From positions 1-64,000 of IMG/VR virus record IMGVR_UViG_3300043466_001759: a stretch of DNA of 64,000 nucleotides; one strand, written 5' to 3'. The notes beneath the pieces are model-generated. The model had not been told where the DNA came from and did not search any database. It saw nothing but the letters and a program-made list of their open reading frames with translations. The position numbers were made by a program, and so were the translations under genes. Source of the DNA: a virus. Positions 37,401-45,120 of the stretch are shown here, piece after piece (the first letter of the stretch is position 1; the number at the start of each line of letters is the position of its first letter).

Positions 37401-40088
37401 GCCACGAATCTGAGCTGTCCTCTCCTTGTCCTCGACAAAACTGCCGTTCTGCATCTTTCCGACACGAACGACTGGAGCCCCTCCACGAGGATGCCAAGCA
37501 TTGTCCAATACGGACTTGTTGACTCCCCTTCCTCCACTCCAGTCTCTTACTCTCGCTGAGTAGTTCTTCCATATCTTGGAACCGAGGCCTTCACCGCCAG
37601 TTGCTCGCCCTGTACTGTCGACCAGCCCAGCACCTTCTGACGTTGTCCATGGATGAGACATGCCGCTAATCATCACGGTAGTGTCGCCATCCTCAAACCC
37701 CATGCCTCGCATCTCTTTTTCCAAGCTCGAGACGCCCTCAATGGTTCTCTTTTCACCAATCAAGTTACTCTTAGATCTTTCGTACTGGTCTTTATACCGA
37801 GCGTCACTCTTTCTTACTGGACCACCCTCAGAGCCTTTAAACAACTCTTGACGTTTCGACTCTATCTCATCTTCTGAGAGCTGATAGGAGTCTGCCGCAG
37901 GAACATCCTTTGCATCGGACGACTTCGCAGCCGACTCAGCCGGAACAGAGGCCTTCTGACTTGGGAACGCCGTTCTTGCCTGTTCCCATTGCTCTCGCCT
38001 TTGATTCTCGTCTGGTGCTTGCGATGCATTGGAGTCATCACCAAAGATGATCTCTGACCACTGCTCGGGACTAGGTGCACTTTCTAAGCCAGCAAATTTC
38101 CGACGTATCTTGTCATACTCTTGCTTGTCTGATGGGTTATCAAACACTGGCTCTTCCTGCTTAGCTACTGACGTTGCGTCAGCTGGCTTTGATCCTGTGC
38201 CTTCACTCGAAGATCGCTGTAGCTCCTCTCCTCCGTCCTTTACTTTCTGATACACATTCCTGGCTGCATCCATACTTGAATGCTCGCTGGAATAGATCTG
38301 CTTACCACTCCCAGTTTCAACAGAACGAACTACCCACTTCTTTCCGTCTTCAGACTCAAAGAGCTCGTGGCGAACACCATTGTCAAGTTCTGTGATTTCA
38401 TCAAGCTTCTTTGCTGGCTTTCCGGCGATCGACACCTTCTCGTCACCGCCGACTGCATCACTTAGCGGCTGGCTTACTGGCTGACCGGTAGGAACAGGCC
38501 CTACTTGGCTTTCGGCCTGGGCTGCTTCTTCTGCGACTGGCTGGACTTCTTGCCTGCCTTGGGCTTGGATTTCCCCGCCTTGAGGCTCGCTTTGGGGTCG
38601 TACGGCATTCTGTTCTCCTTGGTCGACTTCTGGTGGACCAGCAGGCAATGACTGATCAGACGAAGCCTGAGAGGCCCTGTCATTTATGAGTTTCTGTCCT
38701 GCCTCCCACTGCTCTCTCCGGACATTTGCATTGGGAACTGTCTTGTCATCACGAAGACCGGGATCACCCAGTACGATCTTAGCCCACTCGCTACGGCTTG
38801 GGGGCTCTTTAAGGCTTCCTATCTGAATCGATATGTCATCTATTTTTTGTTGGTCTTCAGGACTTACCTCATCAGCCGATTGTTTTGCAACAACCTCTGC
38901 GTCGTTTCCAGTATTGACGTCACCAGTCGGAGCAGGCGACTGGCCGACTGGCGCGATTGCGACCCCTTCAGCAGGCAGCTGATCAACCACTTGATCGTCA
39001 GGAACCTTCCTTCCTGTTCTTTTACCGACAGCGGCAGATAATCCACTTTGTGCACCACTGATTACGCCACCACCTAAAGCACCCGCAGCCGACGCTTCGA
39101 ACCATTTCATCCAGGTTTCTCGATCCGTAATCTTGTGATTCGGATCAACTATCTCTGCATTTATGCTCTGCAGCATCTCCTGGAAGCCCTCCTGGACGCC
39201 TTCCGAGCCAGAGCTCTTTACAGCGTCCCACAGATAAGCAGCTGCCGCTTTATTCCCAGATTGCTTTGCTATTTCGCCAGCGCCTATCTTGTTGATGAAT
39301 TTCATCAAAGACGGGGTCGCTCCAAATGCAACTTCGGATGCTCCAGATACTTGACCTAACAACAGTGCTGTAAAAGGACTGTCGATACCCTTCTCTCTTT
39401 GTTCGCCATACATGCCACCGCCTTCATGTAAAGCTGTGACCTGCTGGGAGGCGACTGCACCGCCAGCCTTTTTAGCTAAAGAATTGTAAACAAGCTTCTT
39501 GGCGGATTCCTCTGCAACTTCTTTTGTAGCTCCTCTGATTACATACTCTTTAGCTATGTCCGCGATCTTTTTCTTAATTGCTGTTTTTCCAAGAAAGCCA
39601 GTGATAGCACCGACAGGAACAGTAGCAACGTCAGCAGGATCAGGACCAGGAACCAACATAGAACCCGCTGCTGCACCAACGATCCCAGTACCAACAGATT
39701 CTGCTATAGATGGAGCTAACTCCCCTAGAGTACCAGCTGCCCATGTTGCCATGTTTCCAGGGCCTGCCATAGCACCTGTCTTTTCATCAGTAGAAAAGAA
39801 GTCTGTGACTGTCTTTGGGTTTTCAGACGCCTGCTCCATTTCCTTCTGATATTTTTTGAAACGTTCTCTAGCTGCAGATTCATTGCCCATTGCGGAGTGG
39901 TACGCGGCAATACCACCGTGATAGGTAGCCTGCGTCTGGTCGATGCCTCGCAGCAAACCTCGATACGCTTCGCTTCTGTTTTTTAAGTTGTCTTGAGTTC
40001 TTACCGCAGACTCTCTCTTGATCCTCATCAAAGAAAGTTGGTCAGCGAACTCTCCGTCGTCCATAACATCAACTTCAGGTGTTGCCAT
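25500..40088 (-). CDS. Giant polyvalent internal virion (ejection) protein, 4862 aa
   Basis: Hydrophobic Gly/Ala N-terminus; HEAFH zincin motif; TMDLWWSR; HDAFGH; GNAT-like block; two ART-like FKKWFGD...YHGT...GYDGV...KSATxNxGxFD domains. Confidence 0.9.
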   Translation of the reverse strand: MATPEVDVMDDGEFADQLSLMRIKRESAVRTQDNLKNRSEAYRGLLRGIDQTQATYHGGIAAYHSAMGNESAARERFKKYQKEMEQASENPKTVTDFFSTDEKTGAMAGPGNMATWAAGTLGELAPSIAESVGTGIVGAAAGSMLVPGPDPADVATVPVGAITGFLGKTAIKKKIADIAKEYVIRGATKEVAEESAKKLVYNSLAKKAGGAVASQQVTALHEGGGMYGEQREKGIDSPFTALLLGQVSGASEVAFGATPSLMKFINKIGAGEIAKQSGNKAAAAYLWDAVKSSGSEGVQEGFQEMLQSINAEIVDPNHKITDRETWMKWFEASAAGALGGGVISGAQSGLSAAVGKRTGRKVPDDQVVDQLPAEGVAIAPVGQSPAPTGDVNTGNDAEVVAKQSADEVSPEDQQKIDDISIQIGSLKEPPSRSEWAKIVLGDPGLRDDKTVPNANVRREQWEAGQKLINDRASQASSDQSLPAGPPEVDQGEQNAVRPQSEPQGGEIQAQGRQEVQPVAEEAAQAESQVGPVPTGQPVSQPLSDAVGGDEKVSIAGKPAKKLDEITELDNGVRHELFESEDGKKWVVRSVETGSGKQIYSSEHSSMDAARNVYQKVKDGGEELQRSSSEGTGSKPADATSVAKQEEPVFDNPSDKQEYDKIRRKFAGLESAPSPEQWSEIIFGDDSNASQAPDENQRREQWEQARTAFPSQKASVPAESAAKSSDAKDVPAADSYQLSEDEIESKRQELFKGSEGGPVRKSDARYKDQYERSKSNLIGEKRTIEGVSSLEKEMRGMGFEDGDTTVMISGMSHPWTTSEGAGLVDSTGRATGGEGLGSKIWKNYSARVRDWSGGRGVNKSVLDNAWHPRGGAPVVRVGKMQNGSFVEDKERTAQIRGVLEEALNFSQAKPSDKKSTDTTSAPKESKKSMGRENKLNAKSSESVPPPSKTGSTPPLLPKSATPPPLKQRTSSGDKSPAQVEAKSSDAVSVEPVRNQEDKDAPQTKRGGDPSEVQTEERREGQTNAQTKAEGQVSPEKPEGQATAGTPSSDSSSSKQKEAPKPPARPKRDSNEASKPKEESRKKAVAEKYLNELSPGQREAIAKSLTESLGTEVTVNDLVNNPGLVDAIVAISPARKSKTKPKKAASSRNRQAAKEDVPKQLGNVTLVSSEELSDDEKQQVKILDKMGVSMRFVNGRDLSLPGLFRPSTMTIWINRNYVTNMNRERGENSKWMTWGLFAHEAFHAMKVGNPEAWNQLYNWVSKHESSKEQDGLKKAGEDYIGDFDRELLSSVRADIKRSGKAVDVDKDVSGQDLLKAALKAGLKYDIFNKDGSLKEKGDLSQKTKDLSDFINEFNSNEDIRQEESLSRYLEDRAGDFDFWNELGNSKPGLLAKIGRWLRKALRFAEPDTLAGQVRLAIESAMESNGISPSSGGRASPARSSENQDSEASRVAEIRESARSATPDEHDALIAIANKHSKRDFVKSDITPSRIKNLKSNGLVVGSKLTPEGLDRLRSWDKKRKQAIAREAKLAGVDPDMAVYGLRVEKNKPWLLTEDIISNGIDTSLIPQDLEARSDSQKNNLKRTKWDVAQWLQSLYKKASGHSLSPNSKHSKSAKARMANQLAKEALHALKMDWAEGAIGWYNEKVTGALDHMADIFPEIVAPGKHQMMFKAALAISSDGQDVLPNFRMAVEIYERWKKTGTLSGWGHRSGVESSLDTMDKLVKKFGWERVEAFLATPLTAAQLSKHGFTVEDGIDPSISISKESFKVGGELVTARVYGSMIFGAKIGSFYNNLNYRFDTITMDLWWSRTIGRLRGKLESVNVENAQKSIDNGLRKNLSDKYLKKFGMSREDVARNDRAALRYARMLKSHNASVFTSTAISSYVSAIKKADELGSIENGSIQQFAPVDPSKLNANEKKFYGQLSEKIGNSKVAGKVSSESIAGMARDAIARRTEVNTTEFKAAKNVVVNAYGLYEIAKSGKDREVQREVAELAIKQVKEVIGKDITKADFQALMWYYEKELWGKLGLSKEIEKLDYEQAAKKVSQEHRASKRDGRRESISSGQRVSPEATGRAQSTVQSGEDAGSGRELDGGEYAGSGADGTRAGVGRQRPESAGDGRGRKDLRKNSPLAGSPSVPGINGPDPEVVAVAERYAKENGIDLKRQAEYVQVDPERAKRIADAYEQMAHAPQDPKVKAAYKELIRQTTAQYKALEDAGYKFWFMDLNVPSNAEYASSPYNALRDLRQNKQMGVFPTSDGFGTSDLDVNDNPLLEDTGIKWPSGGLDGQMKPVTANDLFRAVHDAFGHSLEGAGFRARGEENAWQAHVRLFTGDAVGAITSETRGQNSWLNYGPHGDKNRTAKVEDTTFADQKTGLMPEWTWTEGRAADYSETTDRESTDGTTEKDGSEDRSRKTRERAAVAKRSGREATATIRSRVGSNGRAWSRSEESRTLGGYGVVATYEADAAEWADVGVAAPSFVELQKSEKSASQFTAAINAARESQGKLGASVYVYPEQDYRDMRLFLTEDGKAGFALKDSGEAGVVDIVSVFNTANNAHRGVSYSMMRLAVEEGGNTLDAFDTFLPVLYSANGFRVISRAKWSDEFAPSGWSKEEYSDFNNGEPDVVFMAYDPQRTDIYRHNSGEGKAFDDIDEAVRSQRSAAIENATALDSRDLNSGLRYAIARPELAKELDKGETVTLYRAMTMIDGNLYPPMSSKINDGKKLSLRKPEPVGKWMVAEERPDLVPKTGKYAGKFPLKKPKGTTWAAYAPYFHASPIPLNDQFTASWYNDGVKRPKMVIVEVEVPASEMTSGYQAEGSSKKVGSNKWTAGVVASKLPGGREVVLSRYLRIKRIVPDAEVAKKIADIVNPSRLSIPENTVTPQLRAELEKNGVRISPKGTKGESIRYSPSRQVDSPAFKKWFGDWENDPENSSKIVWNGQPLSLYHGTKRDFNVFEGKAKTSTDGGYYGKGYYFTTDSEGAGRYAGRGDGSRILEVYVDIKNPAIINDTYRDNTADALSMSGGKLDYVDAKVAKVFNDVYDGDPTSHLDPEKSIEITKRLKEAGYDGVIVNQSDLPFAEVVAFDSSQIKSATGNRGTFDKFDPDIRYSPSRQDEMFAKLMKAMEERGLAKPGQSSLPETTGTKYARTEGQRKSVGDSPREWFGPRKVKDRQKKAIAELAANPGRPYEIISEMNAKPRPLTDMEDAILNARIRELKNEGDISGSDRKEWLDLNRTVQRGHSEWGYAGHAAQAELASDFSVEGLTRQHTSHVEADPSPEQIAKYAEMAERIDKLEAETAALAEKLAKEAIARKKAEAASVPKTDPPREKIGTKRATLMKKVADGFAAFQNAWGGGSSGRAAVSRSAITNVNGFGFGTDTLPDPSTVSRDEWLRAYMPLIMKAIPESKLSDEDIAVLGTVFGDENPFKADSKLMRMFSKWTVQSDLQERNWAEGVQALFRDRSRGTRMMLEQIASESGVEFDEDRFSDPSDYKALANSFVKYLPKYVSSNPDIGSEVTNLLDASKVILDPLEYAIKAWEDAQGGAGGSQIDTAAFKKWFGDSKVVDEDGNPLVVYHGTNEKFSVFESGRTSQRSVMLSSFDVETSGFFFSPSEDDARQYGKNVLPVYLSVQNRLMDPKVIGISSRSSEEVKAASAKAFEDAEYILEPMIYEEGGKRWIDTGGGVSNTEVDSDGDWINEIFIDGMIDWHALDNPKVVERMKERGYDGVKVYEENDGSGESWFVVESSQVKSATSNTGDFDKTNPDIRYSPSRQGTDIKSAADSIVNALREMGVSSVLELESQVKANMPNVTLEQMSVIKDAWAESNSKKKVESPIGDDPEPSAIGARAKELMTLAIEAGYGATNETWREVVDVVHAQLSIEVPGISEYDTMQAMSDYGSWRPLNKEEIAVKTRAIRGKTRQSLKIEDTIKAIAQSEEWLKNGVSPEEVARRLRDQNLLPKSTGREQPTPDSIERDLIAEFNKLKKELPVSTESREGQLKSALSTAKTAGKNRLEMLSKDIEALEEAIESRTVLARSVNDRTPLKPDAELASIRSQLEAKRKQRDDLKTEYEKIFPRSKKQRMLSAEQQTQRALKAIEKLKEKLQQVKDGKEVDSTKKPSLVAAEVQSQLKMWQDRLRAARQAAAEAEQGRYDDDGGAIPAQGGRKPMTEEQRLAMAERMLQSQIDDIKADTKSLTDGTWAPAVKGKVPTSSVLESLRAQLADLRKVRDEARKASPVYQAREEAKYWERYRKGQERRLAFWEKRRDEAKSGILPVPRNKRTITEEDILDKNLEIEKIKYEAMYEIEKAKRATWNAGQWMQYGLLEATSLIPKTLMLGMELSFFLRQGFFYSRSHPVRAFMAAVEAIPAVWSQRLALASVESLESRPNAKEYLQAEVEFTKKDGPRAQLEEMYQSAVIRWLENTKTPWLLPFRAWVGAYGAFERGNRTFANIMKADLYDIQKRDTLAAREFFGTNMEWTDSDIKEAGRITNIFSGRGTGLRGGSPWLDFFFLARRWTWSRIQADFILPLQLATPSWIGQWNADRGMRVSLAKLYIQTLMGHATKMAMGYFAYSLLAGDDEEKEPTIEWDPRSSDAWVMKVGETRFKDDGGLMPAVVLASRLLTGTIKTSSGEIKSIYGEDVQYGGKTGADFLINFARYKLGTGPASILEWVSGKDAVGRNIAKEGDPLAVPKHIIGSRLTPLTWKEIAAAEKELGVVSGTLASLEAFFGVSVSTYGPRTEYSGASDEEKKELFDKDLRGMKWDDKDLAYSDSLSGSQKKQARDAQQKKKQSLVYAASANPSRKNYKSDQAYKDAVTSRDEYMKTLKKSGISMTEARRLLIEHWEDNYGSAKETKKGVVVYKEGLSLRLRQLRKVFTN

Positions 40089-40093
40089 TTTAT

Positions 40094-41884
40094 CTAATAA
40101 CCTCTATCTATTGCTTTTGGGCGCTTAGGTTTTTCTTTGTCTTTTTCTGAAGGCACATCACCTAGGACCATTTTGGGAATGTCTTCAGAAAATTGCGAAG
40201 CCAACACTTGCGTATAGACACGCTGCTCCGCTTCTTTAGGTGTCATCTTACCAGCCTCAGCTGTTTTTTTAATAATATCCTCAACACTTGGGACGGCCTG
40301 AAAAGCCCTAACGTAAGCCTTTGGGCTGTACATGCCAAGATCGCCAGCTAACTGATCAAGGGCAACTCGCTGCTTGGTTGGCATGTCCTTCCGGTTTTTA
40401 TATCTATCAGACCGACCGACTGCCTCAAACAAACCCTTGGCCCCACCCGAGAAAGACATGCTAGCGGCTGATGCGATATCATAATCATCGACTGTCCCGT
40501 TCTCTTTTAAGTCCTGTAGCCTATCCAGAATATTTCTCCTTTCTTCTGGAGAGCTAGACATCATTTTTTTCCCCCAAGACTCCACCCTTGTTTTCATAGG
40601 AATTGACTTTTCTTGGTTCTCTAACAATCTGATAGCCTCGGGGTCATTGGCTTCTACCATAGCCCTCAGATTATCTAGTTCTGCGGGGTTTTTCAATTTG
40701 GCTTTGATTTCCGCCTTCTGCTCGTCAGAACCGTTCTCCAAGATGTTGTTCATTCCTGCAATGTCCATACCTGCGGGCTCAGTTGCGCCGCCCTGGCCCC
40801 CCATCTGACCGCTAGATCCAGATGGGGGTAATTGCTGACTCGCTTCGTCGTACTTACCAGACAACGCATTACCCATGAAGTCTCGCTTCCTTTTCATTCG
40901 CCTCCAAGTCTCTCTCTCCATCTCGTCTTCGCTTGCAAACGGCTTGATCTTCCCTGACTCAATGTCTTGCTCAATCAAGCTCCTGGCTTCGGCGCTGTCG
41001 TCGATAAAGGCCTCTTGATTCTCATTGTAATACTGCTGAGCCGAAGGCGGCCCCTGCTGCTCCTGTGGTTGTTGACCTGGGATCAGCTGCTTAAGGGTCT
41101 TGTCGTAGATATCGTCTCCTTCCTTTTGAGCAGACGAATACTTGCCTGTGTTTCTGTCCCTGTAAGAGACATTTCTGTTCATCGCAACATTAGGGTCGTA
41201 GTCAGGAATGCTCATCAATATGGGCACAGCCTTCGCCATCATCTTATCTATGTAGTCCTTCTGCATCGTCTCGTTGAAGTTACCATTCGGAGCAAGGACA
41301 AAGTCCCTGGTGTTTTTAAGATCCAACAGTTTTTTTCTTGTCTCACTATCAAGATCATCTCTTGCAAGGGCAGAATCTACTTGCCCCATGACGCTTGCCT
41401 TCTGCTCCATCGCCTGATTGTAGAGAATTGCAGAATTTTGTCTTTGTAAGGCCTCAGCTCTCACCTTGGCGTCATTATCCCACCCTGCTTGCCGAAATGT
41501 ATTTTGCTGATCCCATCCTGCTTGCCGAAATGCAGTTTCTTCAGCAAGTGCGTCTTTTGCTCTTTGGGTGTCTCTATCAAACACCCTCTGCTCATTCTTA
41601 GTGTTCCTCGTGAACTCAGTATCATTCCGGTCGTTGATCATTTTCATCCGACCTCTGGCTCGCAACTCCTCGTTGATGCCAGCCTGATCTCTCCAGGCAA
41701 CCATACCTATGTCGTGGTTCCTCTGTCTTTCGTTTTCAACGAGATCCTGAGCCATCTTCTGACGCTGCAGCATGAAATCCAAGCCGTACTTTCCGCCACG
41801 ACCGCCACCGCCGCCACCTCCACCACCGCCGCCTCCACCGCCGCCGCCAATTCCTGCTGTATCGTGCCGTAGCGAAATGCCCAT
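40094..41884 (-). CDS. Putative internal virion protein
   Basis: 596 aa, poly-Gly N-terminus, helical Q/R-rich; directly upstream of the giant gene. Confidence 0.7.
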   Translation of the reverse strand: MGISLRHDTAGIGGGGGGGGGGGGGGGGRGGKYGLDFMLQRQKMAQDLVENERQRNHDIGMVAWRDQAGINEELRARGRMKMINDRNDTEFTRNTKNEQRVFDRDTQRAKDALAEETAFRQAGWDQQNTFRQAGWDNDAKVRAEALQRQNSAILYNQAMEQKASVMGQVDSALARDDLDSETRKKLLDLKNTRDFVLAPNGNFNETMQKDYIDKMMAKAVPILMSIPDYDPNVAMNRNVSYRDRNTGKYSSAQKEGDDIYDKTLKQLIPGQQPQEQQGPPSAQQYYNENQEAFIDDSAEARSLIEQDIESGKIKPFASEDEMERETWRRMKRKRDFMGNALSGKYDEASQQLPPSGSSGQMGGQGGATEPAGMDIAGMNNILENGSDEQKAEIKAKLKNPAELDNLRAMVEANDPEAIRLLENQEKSIPMKTRVESWGKKMMSSSPEERRNILDRLQDLKENGTVDDYDIASAASMSFSGGAKGLFEAVGRSDRYKNRKDMPTKQRVALDQLAGDLGMYSPKAYVRAFQAVPSVEDIIKKTAEAGKMTPKEAEQRVYTQVLASQFSEDIPKMVLGDVPSEKDKEKPKRPKAIDRGY

Positions 41885-41929
41885 CTTAAGACTCCTATCA
41901 ATGAAATACTTAATGACTCAGTTTACCAA

Positions 41930-43108
41930 TCAAGACGTTTTTACCCACCTAGTACGGCTGTATTTCCATCCTGAATCTTCAAGACTGTCACGAAAATCCG
42001 AACTTCCCCAGTCAACCAACACACCAAGATTCTCTTGCATCCACAATTTTCCTGACTCCCAGTCTTTTGTGTGCCAATTGACAGGATGATCCTCATGGAA
42101 CAAGAACGGCTTGTGAAGAATATTTAATTTAACACCTAAGCTTCGCATTAACGCTGGAACTGCGTAATCCCAAACTGGATGGCCAATCGCAAACGGAAAG
42201 TCTTTCGGTATTAAAGACGCTTGCCTTGGAGTAAAGCTAAAGGCGTCAAGACCCCATCTGAACTCGCTAACAACATGCGGAAACCCTGGATCACAGTTCC
42301 ACCTGACGCCCACAAACTGATTATCTTCGTCAAACTCCAACCAGTCCTTATGCCCTCTTAATTCGCAATCACTATTAATAACCAGAACTGGCTTATCTAG
42401 CTCTACAGCTGTCCATGCAAGCCTTTGTATCCTTTGCGTCGGATACGCATAGCCCACTGACACTGCGTCATCAACAATCCAATTCAATCCTGGAAAGAAT
42501 GGCGACAACGCATCAATCTCTTCCTTAGTGTTTCTTGCGTACACCTTCAGTCCAAATCTCCGCCAAGAATCAAAACAAGCTTGTTGCCTTGCTCGCGAGT
42601 ACTTACTTGCTGATATAGCTGTGACTACAACTATGTCGTTTCGCTCCTCGTGGACACGACCATCTGGATATCCAAAAACAGCCATCGCCTCATCTAGATC
42701 TAGGTTGTCTTTGTCTAGTTTTTTATTGACCGCTGACTTCAGGCTCCACTTCCATTCGAAAGAGAGTTCATTGCCTAAATGATTCTCCAGCTTCCAGTTT
42801 TTGTAAAATCTATCGCAGTCGCATCCGTACTTCGGAATCTTGGCTTCCCATCGATCTAAATCTTCGTGCGTCTCTACTGCAGTAAAGAGTTCTTCCCACA
42901 ATTCGCGACCGAGCTTTGCTATGTCCTCTCGCCGTTTAACTACGACCCGTCTCGCGGTCCTGTCTTTTGTTGATAGCTGTCCAGGCCCACGATTGTCCTC
43001 CCACGCCTGAAAGAAATCTGGCCGCGTTTGGCAAAGGTGCAACAAATGAGGAGTCTTGTCAACGTTGTGTCGCGTACAGAAACCAGAAATAGAACATTCG
43101 CATCTCAT
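41930..43108 (-). CDS. Cys-rich N-terminus plus glycosyltransferase-like domain
   Basis: VVVTAIS...VLVINSDCEL...GLDAFSF...IGHPVWD. Confidence 0.6.
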   Translation of the reverse strand: MRCECSISGFCTRHNVDKTPHLLHLCQTRPDFFQAWEDNRGPGQLSTKDRTARRVVVKRREDIAKLGRELWEELFTAVETHEDLDRWEAKIPKYGCDCDRFYKNWKLENHLGNELSFEWKWSLKSAVNKKLDKDNLDLDEAMAVFGYPDGRVHEERNDIVVVTAISASKYSRARQQACFDSWRRFGLKVYARNTKEEIDALSPFFPGLNWIVDDAVSVGYAYPTQRIQRLAWTAVELDKPVLVINSDCELRGHKDWLEFDEDNQFVGVRWNCDPGFPHVVSEFRWGLDAFSFTPRQASLIPKDFPFAIGHPVWDYAVPALMRSLGVKLNILHKPFLFHEDHPVNWHTKDWESGKLWMQENLGVLVDWGSSDFRDSLEDSGWKYSRTRWVKTS

Positions 43109-44310
43109 GCTGGAACCAATGTTACCCTGTAGAGAATAGTTGGACACGATGGCAAACATCCCGCTTCAGGGCAGCAATAAGGAATGTAGCCGCTCACTCC
43201 AGGCGTTGCACACGGACCAAAAAAACATTGCAGAGTAGCATACTTATAGACAAGTGATAAAGGCTCACAAGTAGACTCGTCGAAGTCAGGAAACTTGATG
43301 GAAGGAGTTTCGCCAGCATCGTAATCTGGATCGTCCCACTGCAAAGCAATTGATGCTGTTTGATTGTCGACACCGTTAATCAACTGCATAGTTAGCGCTC
43401 TGAACACTCGACCTTCTTCGTCGAAGTTTTCGCAGTTCAACTTAATGGCAAAGGTAGTCGTGCAGATAGTAGCATTTCCACTCAGCCATGTATCACGGTT
43501 GTTGCCAAACAAGTTAAGCAGAATCTCAAAGTCGTTTATCCCGCAAGCTGATGCGTCGACGCTAGCATAGACGAGCTGAAATATCGCCTTCATGCTCGCT
43601 GGAAAACACTCTCTCTCAGGCTCGAACCTGTCCTCTGGCAAAAGACCCTTCAAGCAATAGCACCCGCAGGGAACGCAAGACAGATCATCAATGGCCGTAG
43701 CCCAATACTGCCAATTGTCGAACGCGCCCTCAATGAACGCAAAGTTGCCAACGTCCACGCCTCCAACCACATAGCATCTGCTTCCAGTCCCACCAATGCA
43801 AATTGCCGCAACGGGTATCTGGCCACCGAAACTGCCGATAGACGCTCTGAGCATGACTCCAGGCTGATAACACCCAAACGCATTCACCGAGTCCGCAGAA
43901 GTGGTGCCACCGTAGCTAGCGACTGGCCATGGATGCTCAACACTGTCGGTTGTGGACGGGCCAATCACTGTTACTTTTATTCGTGCTGTCGCCAAATCCA
44001 TGTCGAGCGGCTCGAAAGTTATCTCGTAAGGTGACGTCGATGGATTCCCTGCGCGTATCCGGTACATATCTCGAGATCGCACCTCCTTCAGCTGGAAGTT
44101 AGCGATCCAACTTCCTTCTTCATAGGCAAATGGATGGCAGATGGTCGTCGCAAGAATGCCAGGAGTCCCGTCATCTTTTATGTACTGATCGGTAAGACTC
44201 CAGTTTCCAGATATCTCATGCCACCTCCCAGAAGGAGGATTAGCATCGACCCTGTTGAAGTCATCGAGACCAAGTTCACAGCTAGGACAGCAGCAGCGTC
44301 TAGTGGCCAT
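43105..44310 (-). CDS. Cys-rich putative virion protein
   Basis: MATRRCCCPSC, DDFNR; late-region position. Confidence 0.7.
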   Translation of the reverse strand: MATRRCCCPSCELGLDDFNRVDANPPSGRWHEISGNWSLTDQYIKDDGTPGILATTICHPFAYEEGSWIANFQLKEVRSRDMYRIRAGNPSTSPYEITFEPLDMDLATARIKVTVIGPSTTDSVEHPWPVASYGGTTSADSVNAFGCYQPGVMLRASIGSFGGQIPVAAICIGGTGSRCYVVGGVDVGNFAFIEGAFDNWQYWATAIDDLSCVPCGCYCLKGLLPEDRFEPERECFPASMKAIFQLVYASVDASACGINDFEILLNLFGNNRDTWLSGNATICTTTFAIKLNCENFDEEGRVFRALTMQLINGVDNQTASIALQWDDPDYDAGETPSIKFPDFDESTCEPLSLVYKYATLQCFFGPCATPGVSGYIPYCCPEAGCLPSCPTILYRVTLVPA

Positions 44311-45110
44311 TATGAGCAACTTCTGTAAATGGCCGTGTTAGGATCGCAACATCTATCGTCTGCAGACCAATAACGAACAAGCTTCGTGCATTCTTTGGTT
44401 GTGTCCATAGTTACAGCCCACGATTCATGCGCCCAGATACAGTAGTTCGCTACGTTTATATCAAATATACATCCCTTGCGATCGTGAACCCTGACTGTCT
44501 TTCCTATGATGGCCGTGTTAGACGACTCGATAACCAGAACGTCAGCGTACTTCAAATCAAGCAAGTCGGGATCTGTTTCGACGCCAGTTGCTGACACGAC
44601 GCCAGTAAGAGCGTGATACTCATTGCTGTCAACGAGAAGCCAGTTAACGACGGCGTTGTTGTGATCGTAAAGAATATCGATCCTGTTTTTCAAGTCCTCT
44701 GGCTGACCACCATCTAGGCCATCCTTAGTGATCCCAGGATTCTGGCCCAATCGAGTTTCTATATCGATAGGCGATGGAGGAGTGTACATCGCATTGCCTT
44801 GTGTCGGGAGCAACGCTGGATAAACATCTGACTTTCGATAAACATCTAAGAATCGCTTTCCATACGGTTTCGCAACAGTTATCCCAGGCTTTTCCTCGTT
44901 GCCTTTTTCATAATCGACGAAACGCAACATCCTAGTGTCGAACCCTCGGCACAAGACATAGTTCTCGTAGATATCGTCCTCGGCTATCTGCATAAGAGCG
45001 CAGTACGGCATTACACCGTACATCCTTAGATTGGCATTCTCGCCATGCACCGGATTGAACGGAGGCGGTATCTTAAACTCTGGCGTTGGCCTCCTACGCT
45101 TACGAAACAT
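44310..45110 (-). CDS. Hypothetical virion-region protein
   Basis: 266-aa ORF in operon. Confidence 0.75.
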   Translation of the reverse strand: MFRKRRRPTPEFKIPPPFNPVHGENANLRMYGVMPYCALMQIAEDDIYENYVLCRGFDTRMLRFVDYEKGNEEKPGITVAKPYGKRFLDVYRKSDVYPALLPTQGNAMYTPPSPIDIETRLGQNPGITKDGLDGGQPEDLKNRIDILYDHNNAVVNWLLVDSNEYHALTGVVSATGVETDPDLLDLKYADVLVIESSNTAIIGKTVRVHDRKGCIFDINVANYCIWAHESWAVTMDTTKECTKLVRYWSADDRCCDPNTAIYRSCS

Positions 45111-45120
45111 CGCCTACCTC

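Noticed and set aside
41795-41850. CCG/CCA triplet repeat as a separate repeat element
   Set aside because: It simply encodes the poly-Gly tract of the 596-aa protein
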